From Clostridia bacterium (GTDB lineage Bacteria > Bacillota > Clostridia > Oscillospirales > CAG-272), in contig JAFSMU010000014.1 of assembly GCA_017447775.1 (NCBI GenBank), positions 5,718 through 69,717 of the forward strand: DNA of 64,000 bases. The letters are read 5' to 3'. Positions 9,316-18,006 of this stretch are shown one piece after another; the first letter of the stretch is position 1, and each line of letters starts with the position of its first letter. The notes below the pieces were generated by a model. It worked only from the letters and a program-made list of their open reading frames with translations. It was not told the origin of the DNA and ran no database searches. The translations under genes were made by a program, and so were the position numbers.

Positions 9316-10092
9316 CTAAAATTTTATGCGTTCTATGCTTTCGGCGCGGCCGTCCTCGCCGAAAACTATCTTTACCCCGTGCGCCTCCGTTGCATTTTCC
9401 GAAAGCTCGAATTTCACGGGCATATTCTTTGTCATTCTTTCGATTATGTTCTCCGGCTTTACGCCGAGAACGGAGTTTTTCGGCCCGCACATACCGAGGT
9501 CGGTAACGTATGCCGTGCCCTTCGGCAAGATCTGCTCGTCGGCGGTGGGAACGTGTGTATGCGTGCCGACGACAGCTCCGGCGCGCCCGTCATAATAGTA
9601 GGCCAGCGCCAGCTTTTCCGACGTTGCCTCGGCGTGAACGTCGATAAGGCAGATGTCGTACTTGCCCTCCTCCTCGCGCAGAATTCGCGAAACGGAGCGG
9701 AACGGGTTTTCAAGCGGTTCCATATATATAACGCCCATAACGTTTATCACAAGCACGCGAACACCGTCCGCGTCCGCGATGACGTGCCCGCGCCCGGGAT
9801 CAAACGACGGATAATTGCACGGACGGATTATGTTTTCGGTGTCCTCGAGGATGTTCTTTGCCTCGCGCCGCTTGAAGACGTGGTTGCCCGTTGTCAAAAC
9901 GTCGCACCCTCCGCCGATAAGCGTTTTTACGCCGTAGTTATCTATTCCGTTGCCGGGAGCGACGTTTTCCGCATTTGCAACGACAAACGACGCGCCGTGC
10001 TCCTCGCGCACGCGCCAAAGCCGTGCCGCGACGTAATCCGCGGCGGCGGGACCGGTAACGTCGCCAAGCATAAGTATTGTTGTTTTTTTCAT
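9316..10092 (-). CDS. ymdB: YmdB-type (TIGR00282-like) metallophosphoesterase
   Basis: ILMLGDVTGPAAADYV, VVANAENVAPGNG, TTGNHVF and GTHTHVPTADEQILPKGTAYVTDLGMCG. Confidence 0.85.
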   Translation of the reverse strand: MKKTTILMLGDVTGPAAADYVAARLWRVREEHGASFVVANAENVAPGNGIDNYGVKTLIGGGCDVLTTGNHVFKRREAKNILEDTENIIRPCNYPSFDPGRGHVIADADGVRVLVINVMGVIYMEPLENPFRSVSRILREEEGKYDICLIDVHAEATSEKLALAYYYDGRAGAVVGTHTHVPTADEQILPKGTAYVTDLGMCGPKNSVLGVKPENIIERMTKNMPVKFELSENATEAHGVKIVFGEDGRAESIERIKF

Positions 10093-10122
10093 AAGACCAC
10101 CGTCTGACGCTTATTTATAGTA

Positions 10123-10151
10123 AGTATATCACAAATATATGAATTTCTCAA
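10123..10151 (-). promoter_or_regulatory. Sigma-A-type promoter candidate for the ymdB block
   Basis: On the minus strand: TTGAGA (10151..10146), a 17-nt spacer, then TATACT (10128..10123). Confidence 0.4.
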
Positions 10152-10194
10152 CGGGAAAAAGAAAATTTTTTGATTATATTCTCGTTTTTATGCC

Positions 10195-10227
10195 AAAAAA
10201 GCCTTCCCCGCGAGGAAGGCTTTTTTT
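10195..10227 (-). terminator. Rho-independent terminator after the small Zn-ribbon ORF
   Basis: GCCTTCC, a 6-nt loop, then GGAAGGC. A-runs and T-runs flank the stem, which abuts the stop codon. Confidence 0.65.
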
Positions 10228-10418
10228 CATCCGAACAACGTGCATCCGCTTTTTTTGAATTGCTCGATCTTCTGGCGGATGTACGCCTCGTCAACACCGA
10301 GGTCGCGCGCAAGGCACGATATGCACAGAAATTCCCGTGCGCCGCGGTTGACAAGCTTCATATATGCGCCGATCTCGTCGGCTGTGAGTGCTTTTTTACA
10401 GCGGAAGCACTCCGTCAT
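10227..10418 (-). CDS. Small CxxC...CxxC zinc-ribbon protein, function unknown
   Basis: 63 aa: MTECFRCKK...FLCISCLARDLG. Its ATG overlaps the stop of the upstream GH27 gene (10415..10418), which suggests translational coupling. A terminator follows directly. Confidence 0.6.
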   Translation of the reverse strand: MTECFRCKKALTADEIGAYMKLVNRGAREFLCISCLARDLGVDEAYIRQKIEQFKKSGCTLFG

Positions 10419-11581
10419 TTTACTTTGACAAGGCGAGCGCGGAACACACGGCAGTCGTGCGGCTCGACTTCAAACATACCGTAATCGCGGCGCACGCCGA
10501 GGTTTTCGCCGGTGAACACGTCGGTGTATTCAAGCGCGTATCCGCAAAGCGGATCGAGTCCCATTTCATAATACGGAAGGATCGCCGTCACCTTACGGTC
10601 GTATACGTTGAACATACCCACGGCATATGTGCCGTCGGCGAGGAATTTCACGCAGATGGTGTTGTCGTGAAGCCCGTGATTGTCGGCGATGAATATCGGC
10701 GGGCGCGCGTCCTCGTCCTGATTTATGGCGATGAGCTCTTTATTGAGCAGCAGCGCCTTTGTCGCGGGCGACATATTTCTCACGTCGCAGCCGATCATAA
10801 GCGGAGATGAGAACATGCACCACATGGCGAAGTGATAGCGGTATTCGCCGTCCGTGCATCCCTTGTATTCGGCGCCGTTTGTCATTGCCACGGGGTCAAA
10901 CGTGCTGATGTTGCCCGTTCCGCTCATGCCCGCAACGAGCATATCTATATCGTTGAAGCAGCCCGGCGCGGAATAGCCGAGGTTTTCCTTCTGGCTGTTT
11001 GAGAGCTTCTTTATCGACTCAAAGTTGTCCATGATGTCGCCCGTCGAGCGGTACATGTGGCCGCCGACGCTTCTCGCCCACTTCCAGACCTCCGCGTTAC
11101 CCCAGTTGCACAGCGAGAAAATTATATCCCTGCCCGTCTGACGGAGCGCAAGCGCCATGCGCGCATAGCTGAGCTTCGACTCGCTCGACGGATGATAGCA
11201 GTTGTCGTATTTGAGCAGGTCAATACCGACGGAGGCGAAATAGTTCGCGTCGTCAAACTCGTGACCGAAAGACGCCGGGTATCCGGCGCACGTCATAAGG
11301 CCGCAGCACGAATACATACCGAATTTCAGCCCCTTTGAATGAACGTAATCGGCGACGTATTTCATCCCGTGCGGGAATTTTATGTGATCGGCGACGAGCT
11401 GACCGTTTTCATCTCTCTGTCTTTCCGACCAACAGTCGTCGATGACGAGATATTCATATCCCGCGTCGCGCAGTCCCTCGGATACCATTTTGTCGGCTGT
11501 TTCAAAGATAAGCTGTTCGTTTATGTCCTTTGTGAACGTGTTCCACGAGTTCCAGCCCATCGGCGGTGTTTTTGCAAGCAT
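10415..11581 (-). CDS. Alpha-galactosidase, glycoside hydrolase family 27
   Basis: MLAKTPPMGWNSWNTF, YEYLVIDDCW and LKYDNC are GH27 hallmarks. I placed the start at ATG 11581, with GAGG 9 nt upstream, rather than the GTG at 11596. Confidence 0.85.
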   Translation of the reverse strand: MLAKTPPMGWNSWNTFTKDINEQLIFETADKMVSEGLRDAGYEYLVIDDCWSERQRDENGQLVADHIKFPHGMKYVADYVHSKGLKFGMYSCCGLMTCAGYPASFGHEFDDANYFASVGIDLLKYDNCYHPSSESKLSYARMALALRQTGRDIIFSLCNWGNAEVWKWARSVGGHMYRSTGDIMDNFESIKKLSNSQKENLGYSAPGCFNDIDMLVAGMSGTGNISTFDPVAMTNGAEYKGCTDGEYRYHFAMWCMFSSPLMIGCDVRNMSPATKALLLNKELIAINQDEDARPPIFIADNHGLHDNTICVKFLADGTYAVGMFNVYDRKVTAILPYYEMGLDPLCGYALEYTDVFTGENLGVRRDYGMFEVEPHDCRVFRARLVKVK

Positions 11582-11662
11582 TGTAATGTACCTCACTTTG
11601 ATTTTTTCAATTCAATTATAGCCAACCCGCCCCCAAATGTCAATATATTTTTCGGCTCTTAC

Positions 11663-11691
11663 TTGATTTTGACGTTTTTCTATGATATTAT
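11663..11691 (+). promoter_or_regulatory. Sigma-A-type promoter candidate for rlmH-mnmG-rsmG
   Basis: TTGATT, a 17-nt spacer, then TATTAT. Confidence 0.45.
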
Positions 11692-11712
11692 TAAAACGGC
11701 ACGGAGGAGCTT

Positions 11713-12189
11713 ATGCAATTTAACATAGTTTACGTTGGAAACATAAAAGACAAATACCTCGCGGAGGCGGCGGCTGAATATGAAAAGCGCCTCGGCGCTT
11801 ACGGCGCGGTGAAAAACACCGAGCTGAAAGAGGAAAAGATCACCGACGGCGCGTCGGCGGCTGAGATCGCGGCCGCGATCGAGCGCGAGGGCGAGCGGAT
11901 ACTCGCCGCCCTGCCGCAAAAAAGCTGCAAGATCGCGCTTTGCGTCGAGGGGCGCGAGATGTCAAGCGAGGAATATGCCGCGTTTCTCGGAAAAGTCAAG
12001 GACGCGAGCGCGCAGATAACGTTCATCGTCGGCGGCGCGTTCGGACTTTCGGAAAAGGTGAAGCGGGCGTGCGATTCGCGCATATCGATATCGAAAATGA
12101 CGTTCACGCACAGGCTTGCCCGCGTGCTTCTGCTCGAACAGACGTACCGCGCGATGAACATTCTCGCCGGCGGGAAATACCACAAATAA
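11713..12189 (+). CDS. rlmH: 23S rRNA (pseudouridine1915-N3)-methyltransferase
   Basis: MQFNIVYVGNIKDKYLAEAAAEYEKRL...SISKMTFTHRLARVLLLEQTYRA, SPOUT family, 158 aa. Confidence 0.9.
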   Translation: MQFNIVYVGNIKDKYLAEAAAEYEKRLGAYGAVKNTELKEEKITDGASAAEIAAAIEREGERILAALPQKSCKIALCVEGREMSSEEYAAFLGKVKDASAQITFIVGGAFGLSEKVKRACDSRISISKMTFTHRLARVLLLEQTYRAMNILAGGKYHK

Positions 12190-12220
12190 TTTACGACAAA
12201 CACAAACATAAAGGTGAAAA

Positions 12221-14137
12221 ATGAATTACCACATAGAAGACATTGATATAGCCGTTATCGGCGCGGGACACGCCGGTGTTGAAGCCGCGCTCGCTGCGGC
12301 GCGCCTCGGATGCCGCACGATCCTTTTCACAATATCAAACGACGCCGTGGCGAATATGCCGTGCAATCCGTCCATCGGCGGCACGGGGAAAGGGCAGCTC
12401 GTATTCGAGATCGACGCGCTCGGCGGCGAAATGGGGCGCGCAGCTGACAAGGTGACGCTTCAGGACAGGATGTTAAACCAGAGCAAAGGCCCCGCCGTTC
12501 ACTCAAAGCGCGTGCAAGCGGACCGCCGCCTCTACCAGAACATAATGAAAAAAACCGTCGAACACACGGAAAATCTCTCGCTCGTTCAGGCGGAGATCGT
12601 CGATATAGGCACGGAAGTTCAAGGCGGGAAAGTGTGCGTCAGCACCGTTACAACGGCGCTCGGCGGCGTATATAACGTCAAAGCCGTAGTTGTGGCAACG
12701 GGGACGTACCTCGATTCCCGCGTCATCATCGGGGAGTTTACAAAGCCGTCCGGCCCCGACGGGATGCACCCCGCCGTGGGACTTACCGACTCGCTACGCA
12801 GGCTCGGGATAGAGATCATGCGCTTCAAAACCGGCACGCCGCCGCGCATCGACGCGCGCACTGTCGATCTTTCCGTACTTGACAGACAAGACGGCGACCC
12901 CGTGACACCGTACAGCGCGGACACGGACAGGGCGGCGCTTGACGCGCGCCCGAAGTTGCCGTGCTATATTGCTTACACAAACGAGATCACGCACAAAATC
13001 ATCCGCGACAATATCTCCCGCTCGCCGCTTTACTCCGGCGAGATACACGGCATCGGACCGCGCTACTGCCCCTCTATTGAAGATAAGGTCGTGCGCTTCC
13101 CCGACAAGACGCGCCATCAGCTCTTTCTCGAGCCGACGGGGGAAGGCTCAAACGAGCTTTATCTGCAAGGGTTTTCGTCGTCGATGCCCGCAGACGTTCA
13201 GATAGAGATGCTTCACTCGCTGAGGGGGTTTGAAAACGCCGTCGCCATGCGTCAGGCGTATGCCATCGAATACGACTGCGCCGATCCGACTCAGCTTTAT
13301 GCCTCGCTTGAATTCAAGAGCGTTTCGGGCCTTTTCGGCGCGGGACAGTTCAACGGCACGTCAGGATATGAGGAGGCCGCGGCGCAGGGACTTATCGCGG
13401 GCATCAGCGCCGCGCGGCACGTAAAAGGCCTGGCGCCCGTAACGCTTTCGCGCAATTCGTCGTACATCGGCACGCTTATCGACGACCTTGTCACAAAAGG
13501 AACGAACGAGCCGTACAGAATGATGACGTCGCGCTCCGAATTCCGCCTTATTCTCCGCCAGGACAACGCCGACGCGCGCCTTTCAAAGATCGGGCACGAC
13601 GTTGGGCTTATAAGCGATGAAAGATTTGCCCGCTTTGAAAAAAAGCAGGCGCTTATCGCCGCCGAAAAAGAGCGGCTTGAAAAGACGACGGTCGCGCCGT
13701 CGCCGACGCTTGACAAAATACTCGACGACGCGGGCGAGGTGCGCGTTACGACGGGAATAAAGCTCTCGGAGCTTCTGCGCCGCCCGACGATAACTTACGA
13801 GGCGCTCGCGCCCGTCGACCGAGAGCGTGAAAGCTTGCCGCCGGAAGTTATTTTCACGGTGCAGACGGATATAAAATACGAGGGGTACATCAAAAAACAA
13901 CTCGCCGACGCGGTGCGGTTTGAAAAGCTTGAAAGCCGCCGCCTGCCCGACGACATCGACTATATGAAAATACGCGGCCTTTCGACCGAGGCGGCGCAAA
14001 AGCTGACAAAATTCCGCCCGGCGTCGATAGGCGCGGCGTCGCGCATTTCTGGCGTTTCGCCGGCGGACGTCACGGTTCTTCTTATCTACCTTGACGCACG
14101 CACGCCGAAAAGAGGGGAAAAAGATGGAGAAAGCTGA
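12221..14137 (+). CDS. mnmG: tRNA uridine-5-carboxymethylaminomethyl synthesis enzyme MnmG (GidA)
   Basis: DIAVIGAGHAGVEAALAAARLG, NPSIGGTGKGQLVFEIDALGG and GPRYCPSIEDKVVRF. Confidence 0.95.
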   Translation: MNYHIEDIDIAVIGAGHAGVEAALAAARLGCRTILFTISNDAVANMPCNPSIGGTGKGQLVFEIDALGGEMGRAADKVTLQDRMLNQSKGPAVHSKRVQADRRLYQNIMKKTVEHTENLSLVQAEIVDIGTEVQGGKVCVSTVTTALGGVYNVKAVVVATGTYLDSRVIIGEFTKPSGPDGMHPAVGLTDSLRRLGIEIMRFKTGTPPRIDARTVDLSVLDRQDGDPVTPYSADTDRAALDARPKLPCYIAYTNEITHKIIRDNISRSPLYSGEIHGIGPRYCPSIEDKVVRFPDKTRHQLFLEPTGEGSNELYLQGFSSSMPADVQIEMLHSLRGFENAVAMRQAYAIEYDCADPTQLYASLEFKSVSGLFGAGQFNGTSGYEEAAAQGLIAGISAARHVKGLAPVTLSRNSSYIGTLIDDLVTKGTNEPYRMMTSRSEFRLILRQDNADARLSKIGHDVGLISDERFARFEKKQALIAAEKERLEKTTVAPSPTLDKILDDAGEVRVTTGIKLSELLRRPTITYEALAPVDRERESLPPEVIFTVQTDIKYEGYIKKQLADAVRFEKLESRRLPDDIDYMKIRGLSTEAAQKLTKFRPASIGAASRISGVSPADVTVLLIYLDARTPKRGEKDGES

Positions 14138-14855
14138 ATTTTTTGACGTTTGCTCGCGCGTTTTTTCGCAAAACGGGCTTGGCGGCTATATCAGCGACGG
14201 CGTGCTTGAAAAGCTTCACGCGCTTTGCGTAATTTTTCTTGACGCGAACAAAACGATGAATCTGACCGCGCTGCGCGAGGAGCGGCAGGTGATAGCATAC
14301 CACTTTGCCGACAGCGTTGCGGCGGCGGCAAACTTTTCCGACGGCGCTCGCATGATCGACGTTGGCAGCGGCGGCGGATTTCCGACGCTCCCGCTTGCGA
14401 TAGTTCGCCCGGATCTTGAGATCACGGCGCTTGACGCGACGGCGAAAAAGACGGCGTTCATTGCTCGCGCCGCAAAGGAGCTTGGTATTTACAACGTTAA
14501 GATCGCAACGGGGCGCGCCGAGGAGCTTGCCAATACCGCGATGCGTGAATCGTTTGACGCGGCGACGGCGCGCGCCGTGGCGGAGCTTCGCGTGCTTATG
14601 GAATGGTGCGTGCCGTTTATAAAAAAAGACGGCGTTTTCGTTGCGCTCAAAGGCAAGCGCGCCGACGAGGAGCTTTCGGCGGCCAAAGGCGCCATGCGCG
14701 CGCTTTCGTGCGAGCTTATCGACTACGACCGCTCGACGCTTATCGACGATCGCGGCGAAAAATCAGAGCGCGCCACGCTTGTTTTTTCAAAATACGCGCA
14801 CACCGACAAGATTTATCCGAGAAAAAACGCGGCGATAATGAAGAAACCGCTGTAA
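14124..14855 (+). CDS. rsmG: 16S rRNA (guanine527-N7)-methyltransferase RsmG (GidB)
   Basis: MIDVGSGGGFPTLPLAI is a SAM motif. The position after mnmG fits. The start is at ATG 14124 after the RBS AGAGGGGAAAAAG and overlaps the mnmG end. Confidence 0.9.
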   Translation: MEKAEFFDVCSRVFSQNGLGGYISDGVLEKLHALCVIFLDANKTMNLTALREERQVIAYHFADSVAAAANFSDGARMIDVGSGGGFPTLPLAIVRPDLEITALDATAKKTAFIARAAKELGIYNVKIATGRAEELANTAMRESFDAATARAVAELRVLMEWCVPFIKKDGVFVALKGKRADEELSAAKGAMRALSCELIDYDRSTLIDDRGEKSERATLVFSKYAHTDKIYPRKNAAIMKKPL

Positions 14856-14961
14856 TACGTCGTTTTTGTATACCTTTTGCGTGAAACTCTCCCGTTTCGA
14901 CGGCGAGATTTTCGCGCAATTTTTTTGTCTTTGTGATACATTTGTGTAAGAGGTGATCACA

Positions 14962-15393
14962 ATGCCGGACAAAGCCGCCGCGCCCGAGCGCGACATACGT
15001 CAAATACGCACGGACAAAATCTTCCCCGATCCGCGCATTATGCGAAAGATATCGCGCGCGGAAAAGGCGCGAGTCGCCGCGCGGGTGAAAAAATGCTTCG
15101 GCGCGCCGCTGAAAGTCGCGCCCGCGCCCGCTTGCGAGCAGTTTATTCTGCTGTCGGACGTTGAACGCTATCGCGCCGCGCTGATGCTTGGGTATAAGTA
15201 CGTTCCGTGCGAGATATTCGACGGCGTAATGAAAAGGGAAAAATTCGCCTTTTCCGACGCGAAAATTCTGATCAACACCGTCGAGCGCGCCGTGGAAACG
15301 TCGCGCCGCGCGGGCATTAACGCCGAAATCGAAAGCGGCGAGCGCGACGGAGAATATCGGATGACGGTCACCGTTCATAAAAATCACCGCTGA
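14962..15393 (+). CDS. Truncated Noc/ParB-like protein (ParB N-terminal-like plus Noc-type C-terminus, no central HTH)
   Basis: IRQIRTDKIFPDPRIMR and ILLSDVERYRAALMLGYKYVPCEI resemble ParB boxes, with GERRxRA degenerated to DVERYRA. The C-terminus DAKILINTVERAVETSRRAGINAEIESGERDGEYRMTVTVHK resembles the Noc C-terminal segment. It lies downstream of rsmG, as noc does in Bacillus. Confidence 0.55.
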   Translation: MPDKAAAPERDIRQIRTDKIFPDPRIMRKISRAEKARVAARVKKCFGAPLKVAPAPACEQFILLSDVERYRAALMLGYKYVPCEIFDGVMKREKFAFSDAKILINTVERAVETSRRAGINAEIESGERDGEYRMTVTVHKNHR

Positions 15394-15414
15394 CGCGGTA
15401 TTTCTTCCTCCGTG

Positions 15415-15437
15415 AAAAGCGCCTGCGGGCGCTTTTT
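15415..15437 (+). terminator. Rho-independent terminator
   Basis: AAAAGCGCC-TGCG-GGCGCTTTTT. Confidence 0.7.
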
Positions 15438-15470
15438 CACTTGTCTTTGAGGGAAAAAGAAATTTTTATC

Positions 15471-15499
15471 TTGACTTTACGGCTATTGTATTATATAAT
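15471..15499 (+). promoter_or_regulatory. Sigma-A-type promoter candidate for rny
   Basis: TTGACT, a 17-nt spacer, then TATAAT, about 100 nt upstream of the rny start. Confidence 0.5.
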
Positions 15500-15602
15500 A
15501 AACTTTGTATAGTGATAAATATGTGTTTTTGCACTTTTTCGGGCGTTGCCCTTAAAATATCGCTTAAATCAAATAAAAATTCAAATCATCGGGAGGTGTG
15601 AC

Positions 15603-17156
15603 ATGGGTACAGGACTTACTATAATACTTATCGTCGTTGGCGTGCTTGTCGGCGCGGGCATCGGCGTTGCTATAGGCTATGTGGTAAGAAAAAAATCCGC
15701 GGAATCCAAAATAGGCTCCGCGGAGCAGGAAGCAAAAAAGATCGTTGACGATGCCATCAAAAGCGCAGAGGCGAAGAAAAAAGAAATGATCGTCGAAGCG
15801 AAAGAAGACATCCTCAAAGCCAAAACGGAAGCGGACCGCGAAAATAAAGAGCGCCGCCAGGAGCTTGTGCGTCTTGAAAACCGCACTCTTGCAAAAGAGG
15901 AAGCTCTCAACCGCAAGATCGAAAACTACGAACACAAAGAGGAAAACCTGAACAAAAAACTCCGCGAAAGCGACGCTTTGCGCGAGGAGATCGAGCAGAT
16001 CAAGGCAAAACAGCTTGAAAAGCTCGAGGAGATATCCGGCTACACGACGGAAGCCGCAAAGCAGGAGCTTGTACAGAGCATAGAGGCCGACGCGCGCCGC
16101 GAGGCAGCCGTCCGCCTGACGCAGATCGAGGAAGAACTCAAAGACGAGGCCGACAACAAGGCCCGCGACATCATCTCGCTCGCAATACAGCGCCTTGCGT
16201 CTGATCACGTTTCGGAAAACACGGTTTCAGTTGTAACGATACCCAGCGACGAAATGAAGGGGCGCATCATCGGCCGCGAGGGCAGAAACATCCACAAGAT
16301 AGAAACGCTGACGGGCGTTGACCTCATCATCGACGACACGCCGGAGGCGATCACTATATCGTGCTTTGATCCTATCCGCCGCGAGATCGCGCGCACAGCG
16401 CTTGAAAAGCTGATATCCGACGGGCGCATCCATCCGACGCGCATAGAAGAAACGGTCGACAAGGCGAGAAAAGAGATCGAGGCGACGATAAAGCAGGCCG
16501 GCGAGCAGGCAACGTTCAAAGTCGGCGTAAACGGCATCAGCCCCGAGCTTATCAAATTCCTCGGCAGACTGAAATACCGTACAAGCTACGGTCAGAACGT
16601 GCTTGATCACTCCGTCGAGGTATCTTACCTTGCCGGTATTATGGCCGCCGAACTCGGCGCCGACGTCACGCTTGCAAAGCGCGCCGGACTTCTTCACGAT
16701 ATAGGCAAGGCGCTGACGCAGGAAGTAGAAGGCTCGCACGTTCAGCTCGGCGTTGAGCTTGCAAAGAAGTTCAAAGAGAACAAAGAGGTCATCCACGCCA
16801 TTGAGGCGCACCATGGCGACGTTGAGCCGCATACGATAATCGCCGTTCTCGTTCAGGCCGCAGACGCAATAAGCGCCGCTCGTCCCGGCGCGCGCCGCGA
16901 GGACCTTGAAAGCTATATCAAGAGACTTCAAAAGCTTGAAGAAATATCCAATTCGTTCAGCGGCGTTGAAAAATCTTACGCTGTTCAAGCGGGACGCGAA
17001 ATTCGCATAATGGTCAAACCCGAAAAAGTCAAGGACGATCAGATGGCCGTTATCGCGCGCGACATCGCCGCAAAGATAGAAAGCGAGCTTGAATACCCCG
17101 GACAGATAAAAGTCAACGTCATAAGGGAGAGCCGCGCAACCGATTACGCAAAATAA
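15603..17156 (+). CDS. rny: Ribonuclease Y
   Basis: N-terminal TM helix, a charged coiled-coil, KH ([11 protein letters not shown]) and HD domain (LLHDIGKA...HH). The start is at ATG 15603 after GGGAGGTG. Confidence 0.95.
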   Translation: MGTGLTIILIVVGVLVGAGIGVAIGYVVRKKSAESKIGSAEQEAKKIVDDAIKSAEAKKKEMIVEAKEDILKAKTEADRENKERRQELVRLENRTLAKEEALNRKIENYEHKEENLNKKLRESDALREEIEQIKAKQLEKLEEISGYTTEAAKQELVQSIEADARREAAVRLTQIEEELKDEADNKARDIISLAIQRLASDHVSENTVSVVTIPSDEMKGRIIGREGRNIHKIETLTGVDLIIDDTPEAITISCFDPIRREIARTALEKLISDGRIHPTRIEETVDKARKEIEATIKQAGEQATFKVGVNGISPELIKFLGRLKYRTSYGQNVLDHSVEVSYLAGIMAAELGADVTLAKRAGLLHDIGKALTQEVEGSHVQLGVELAKKFKENKEVIHAIEAHHGDVEPHTIIAVLVQAADAISAARPGARREDLESYIKRLQKLEEISNSFSGVEKSYAVQAGREIRIMVKPEKVKDDQMAVIARDIAAKIESELEYPGQIKVNVIRESRATDYAK

Positions 17157-17162
17157 AACCAC

Positions 17163-17180
17163 GGGCGACTTTTGTCGCCC
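17163..17180 (+). terminator. Hairpin after rny (weak terminator or processing site)
   Basis: GGGCGAC-TTTT-GTCGCCC followed by only a weak T-tract (TTACGTTTAT). Confidence 0.35.
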
Positions 17181-17201
17181 TTACGTTTATGGGAGGATCT
17201 T

Positions 17202-17993
17202 ATGGAACAGAAATTCATCAAAAAAGTTCGCAACATAAGCGCGATACTTCTCACGATAGTTGTCGTCGTGTGCATCGTTGTCGTTGTAGTCCTTGCAAAC
17301 AAGAGCCGCAACACGCCGGGCGCCGAGAGCGTTGAAGTAAATGTTCCCGCAAAATCTGAGCCGAGCACGTCGACAACGGCAAGCGAGCCGACAACAGCGC
17401 CGTCAGAATCGGCGACGGAAGCGCCGACAGAGGAGCCGACGACAGTCGCAACAGAACTGCCCACAGAGGAGCCTGCCGAGCAGCCCACGGAAGAACCCAC
17501 CGAAGCTCCTACCGAGGCCCCGACAGAGGAGCCGACGACGGAACCCACGGAGGAGCCGACAACGGAACCGACAACAGAGCCGGTAGTTGAGCCAATAGAG
17601 CCGACGGAAGGGCTTTTATACGAGCTTAACGTAAACGATAAGCAAAGCTACACGGTGTTTGCCGGAAGCGCAAAGACGGAGCGCGTTGTCGTGATACCCG
17701 AAAAAGTCGGGCGCTTCCCCGTTACCGTTATCGGATCGCGTTCATCGTCGAGCGACGGCATAAACTTTACATACACCGGCGCGTTTGAGGGTTGCTTTGC
17801 TCTTGAAAAAATATACCTGCCGTCAACGATTCGTTCGATCGGCATCGGCGCGTTCTTCAACTGCGAGCGCCTTACCGACATCTACTTTGACGGAACGTGC
17901 GCCCAGTGGGAAAGCATAACCAAAGGCGCAAGCTGGAATTACGGAACGCCGACGTATACCGTTCACTGCACCGACGGCGCGATCGAAGAATAA
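17202..17993 (+). CDS. Membrane-anchored surface protein: TM anchor, Pro/Thr/Glu linker, BspA-type leucine-rich-repeat C-terminus
   Basis: Hydrophobic ILLTIVVVVCIVVVVVL, then TEEPT/TEAPT repeats, then AFEGCFALEKIYLPSTIRSIGIGAFFNCERLTDIYFDG (LRR_5/BspA-like pattern). The start is at ATG 17202 after GGGAGG. Confidence 0.7.
   Translation: MEQKFIKKVRNISAILLTIVVVVCIVVVVVLANKSRNTPGAESVEVNVPAKSEPSTSTTASEPTTAPSESATEAPTEEPTTVATELPTEEPAEQPTEEPTEAPTEAPTEEPTTEPTEEPTTEPTTEPVVEPIEPTEGLLYELNVNDKQSYTVFAGSAKTERVVVIPEKVGRFPVTVIGSRSSSSDGINFTYTGAFEGCFALEKIYLPSTIRSIGIGAFFNCERLTDIYFDGTCAQWESITKGASWNYGTPTYTVHCTDGAIEE
17355..17609 (+). repeat. Coding low-complexity PT(E) linker repeat
   Basis: Reiterated GAGCCGAC/GAACCGAC-type units encode (T/A)E(E/A)PT. 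They generate spurious ORFs in other frames and on the other strand. Confidence 0.85.
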
Positions 17994-18006
17994 GGAGGCA
18001 TAGCCC

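Noticed and set aside
14872-14890. A possible parS-like half-site (GCGTGAAAC) upstream of the ParB-like gene.
   Set aside because: Only one half (CGTGAAAC) resembles the TGTTTCACGTGAAACA consensus. The other half does not match.
14740-15387. A 215-aa minus-strand ORF overlapping the Noc/ParB-like gene.
   Set aside because: The plus-strand frame shows ParB/Noc-like motifs at both ends and has an RBS (AGAGGTG). The minus-strand product is Arg/Ala/Phe-rich with no recognisable motif.
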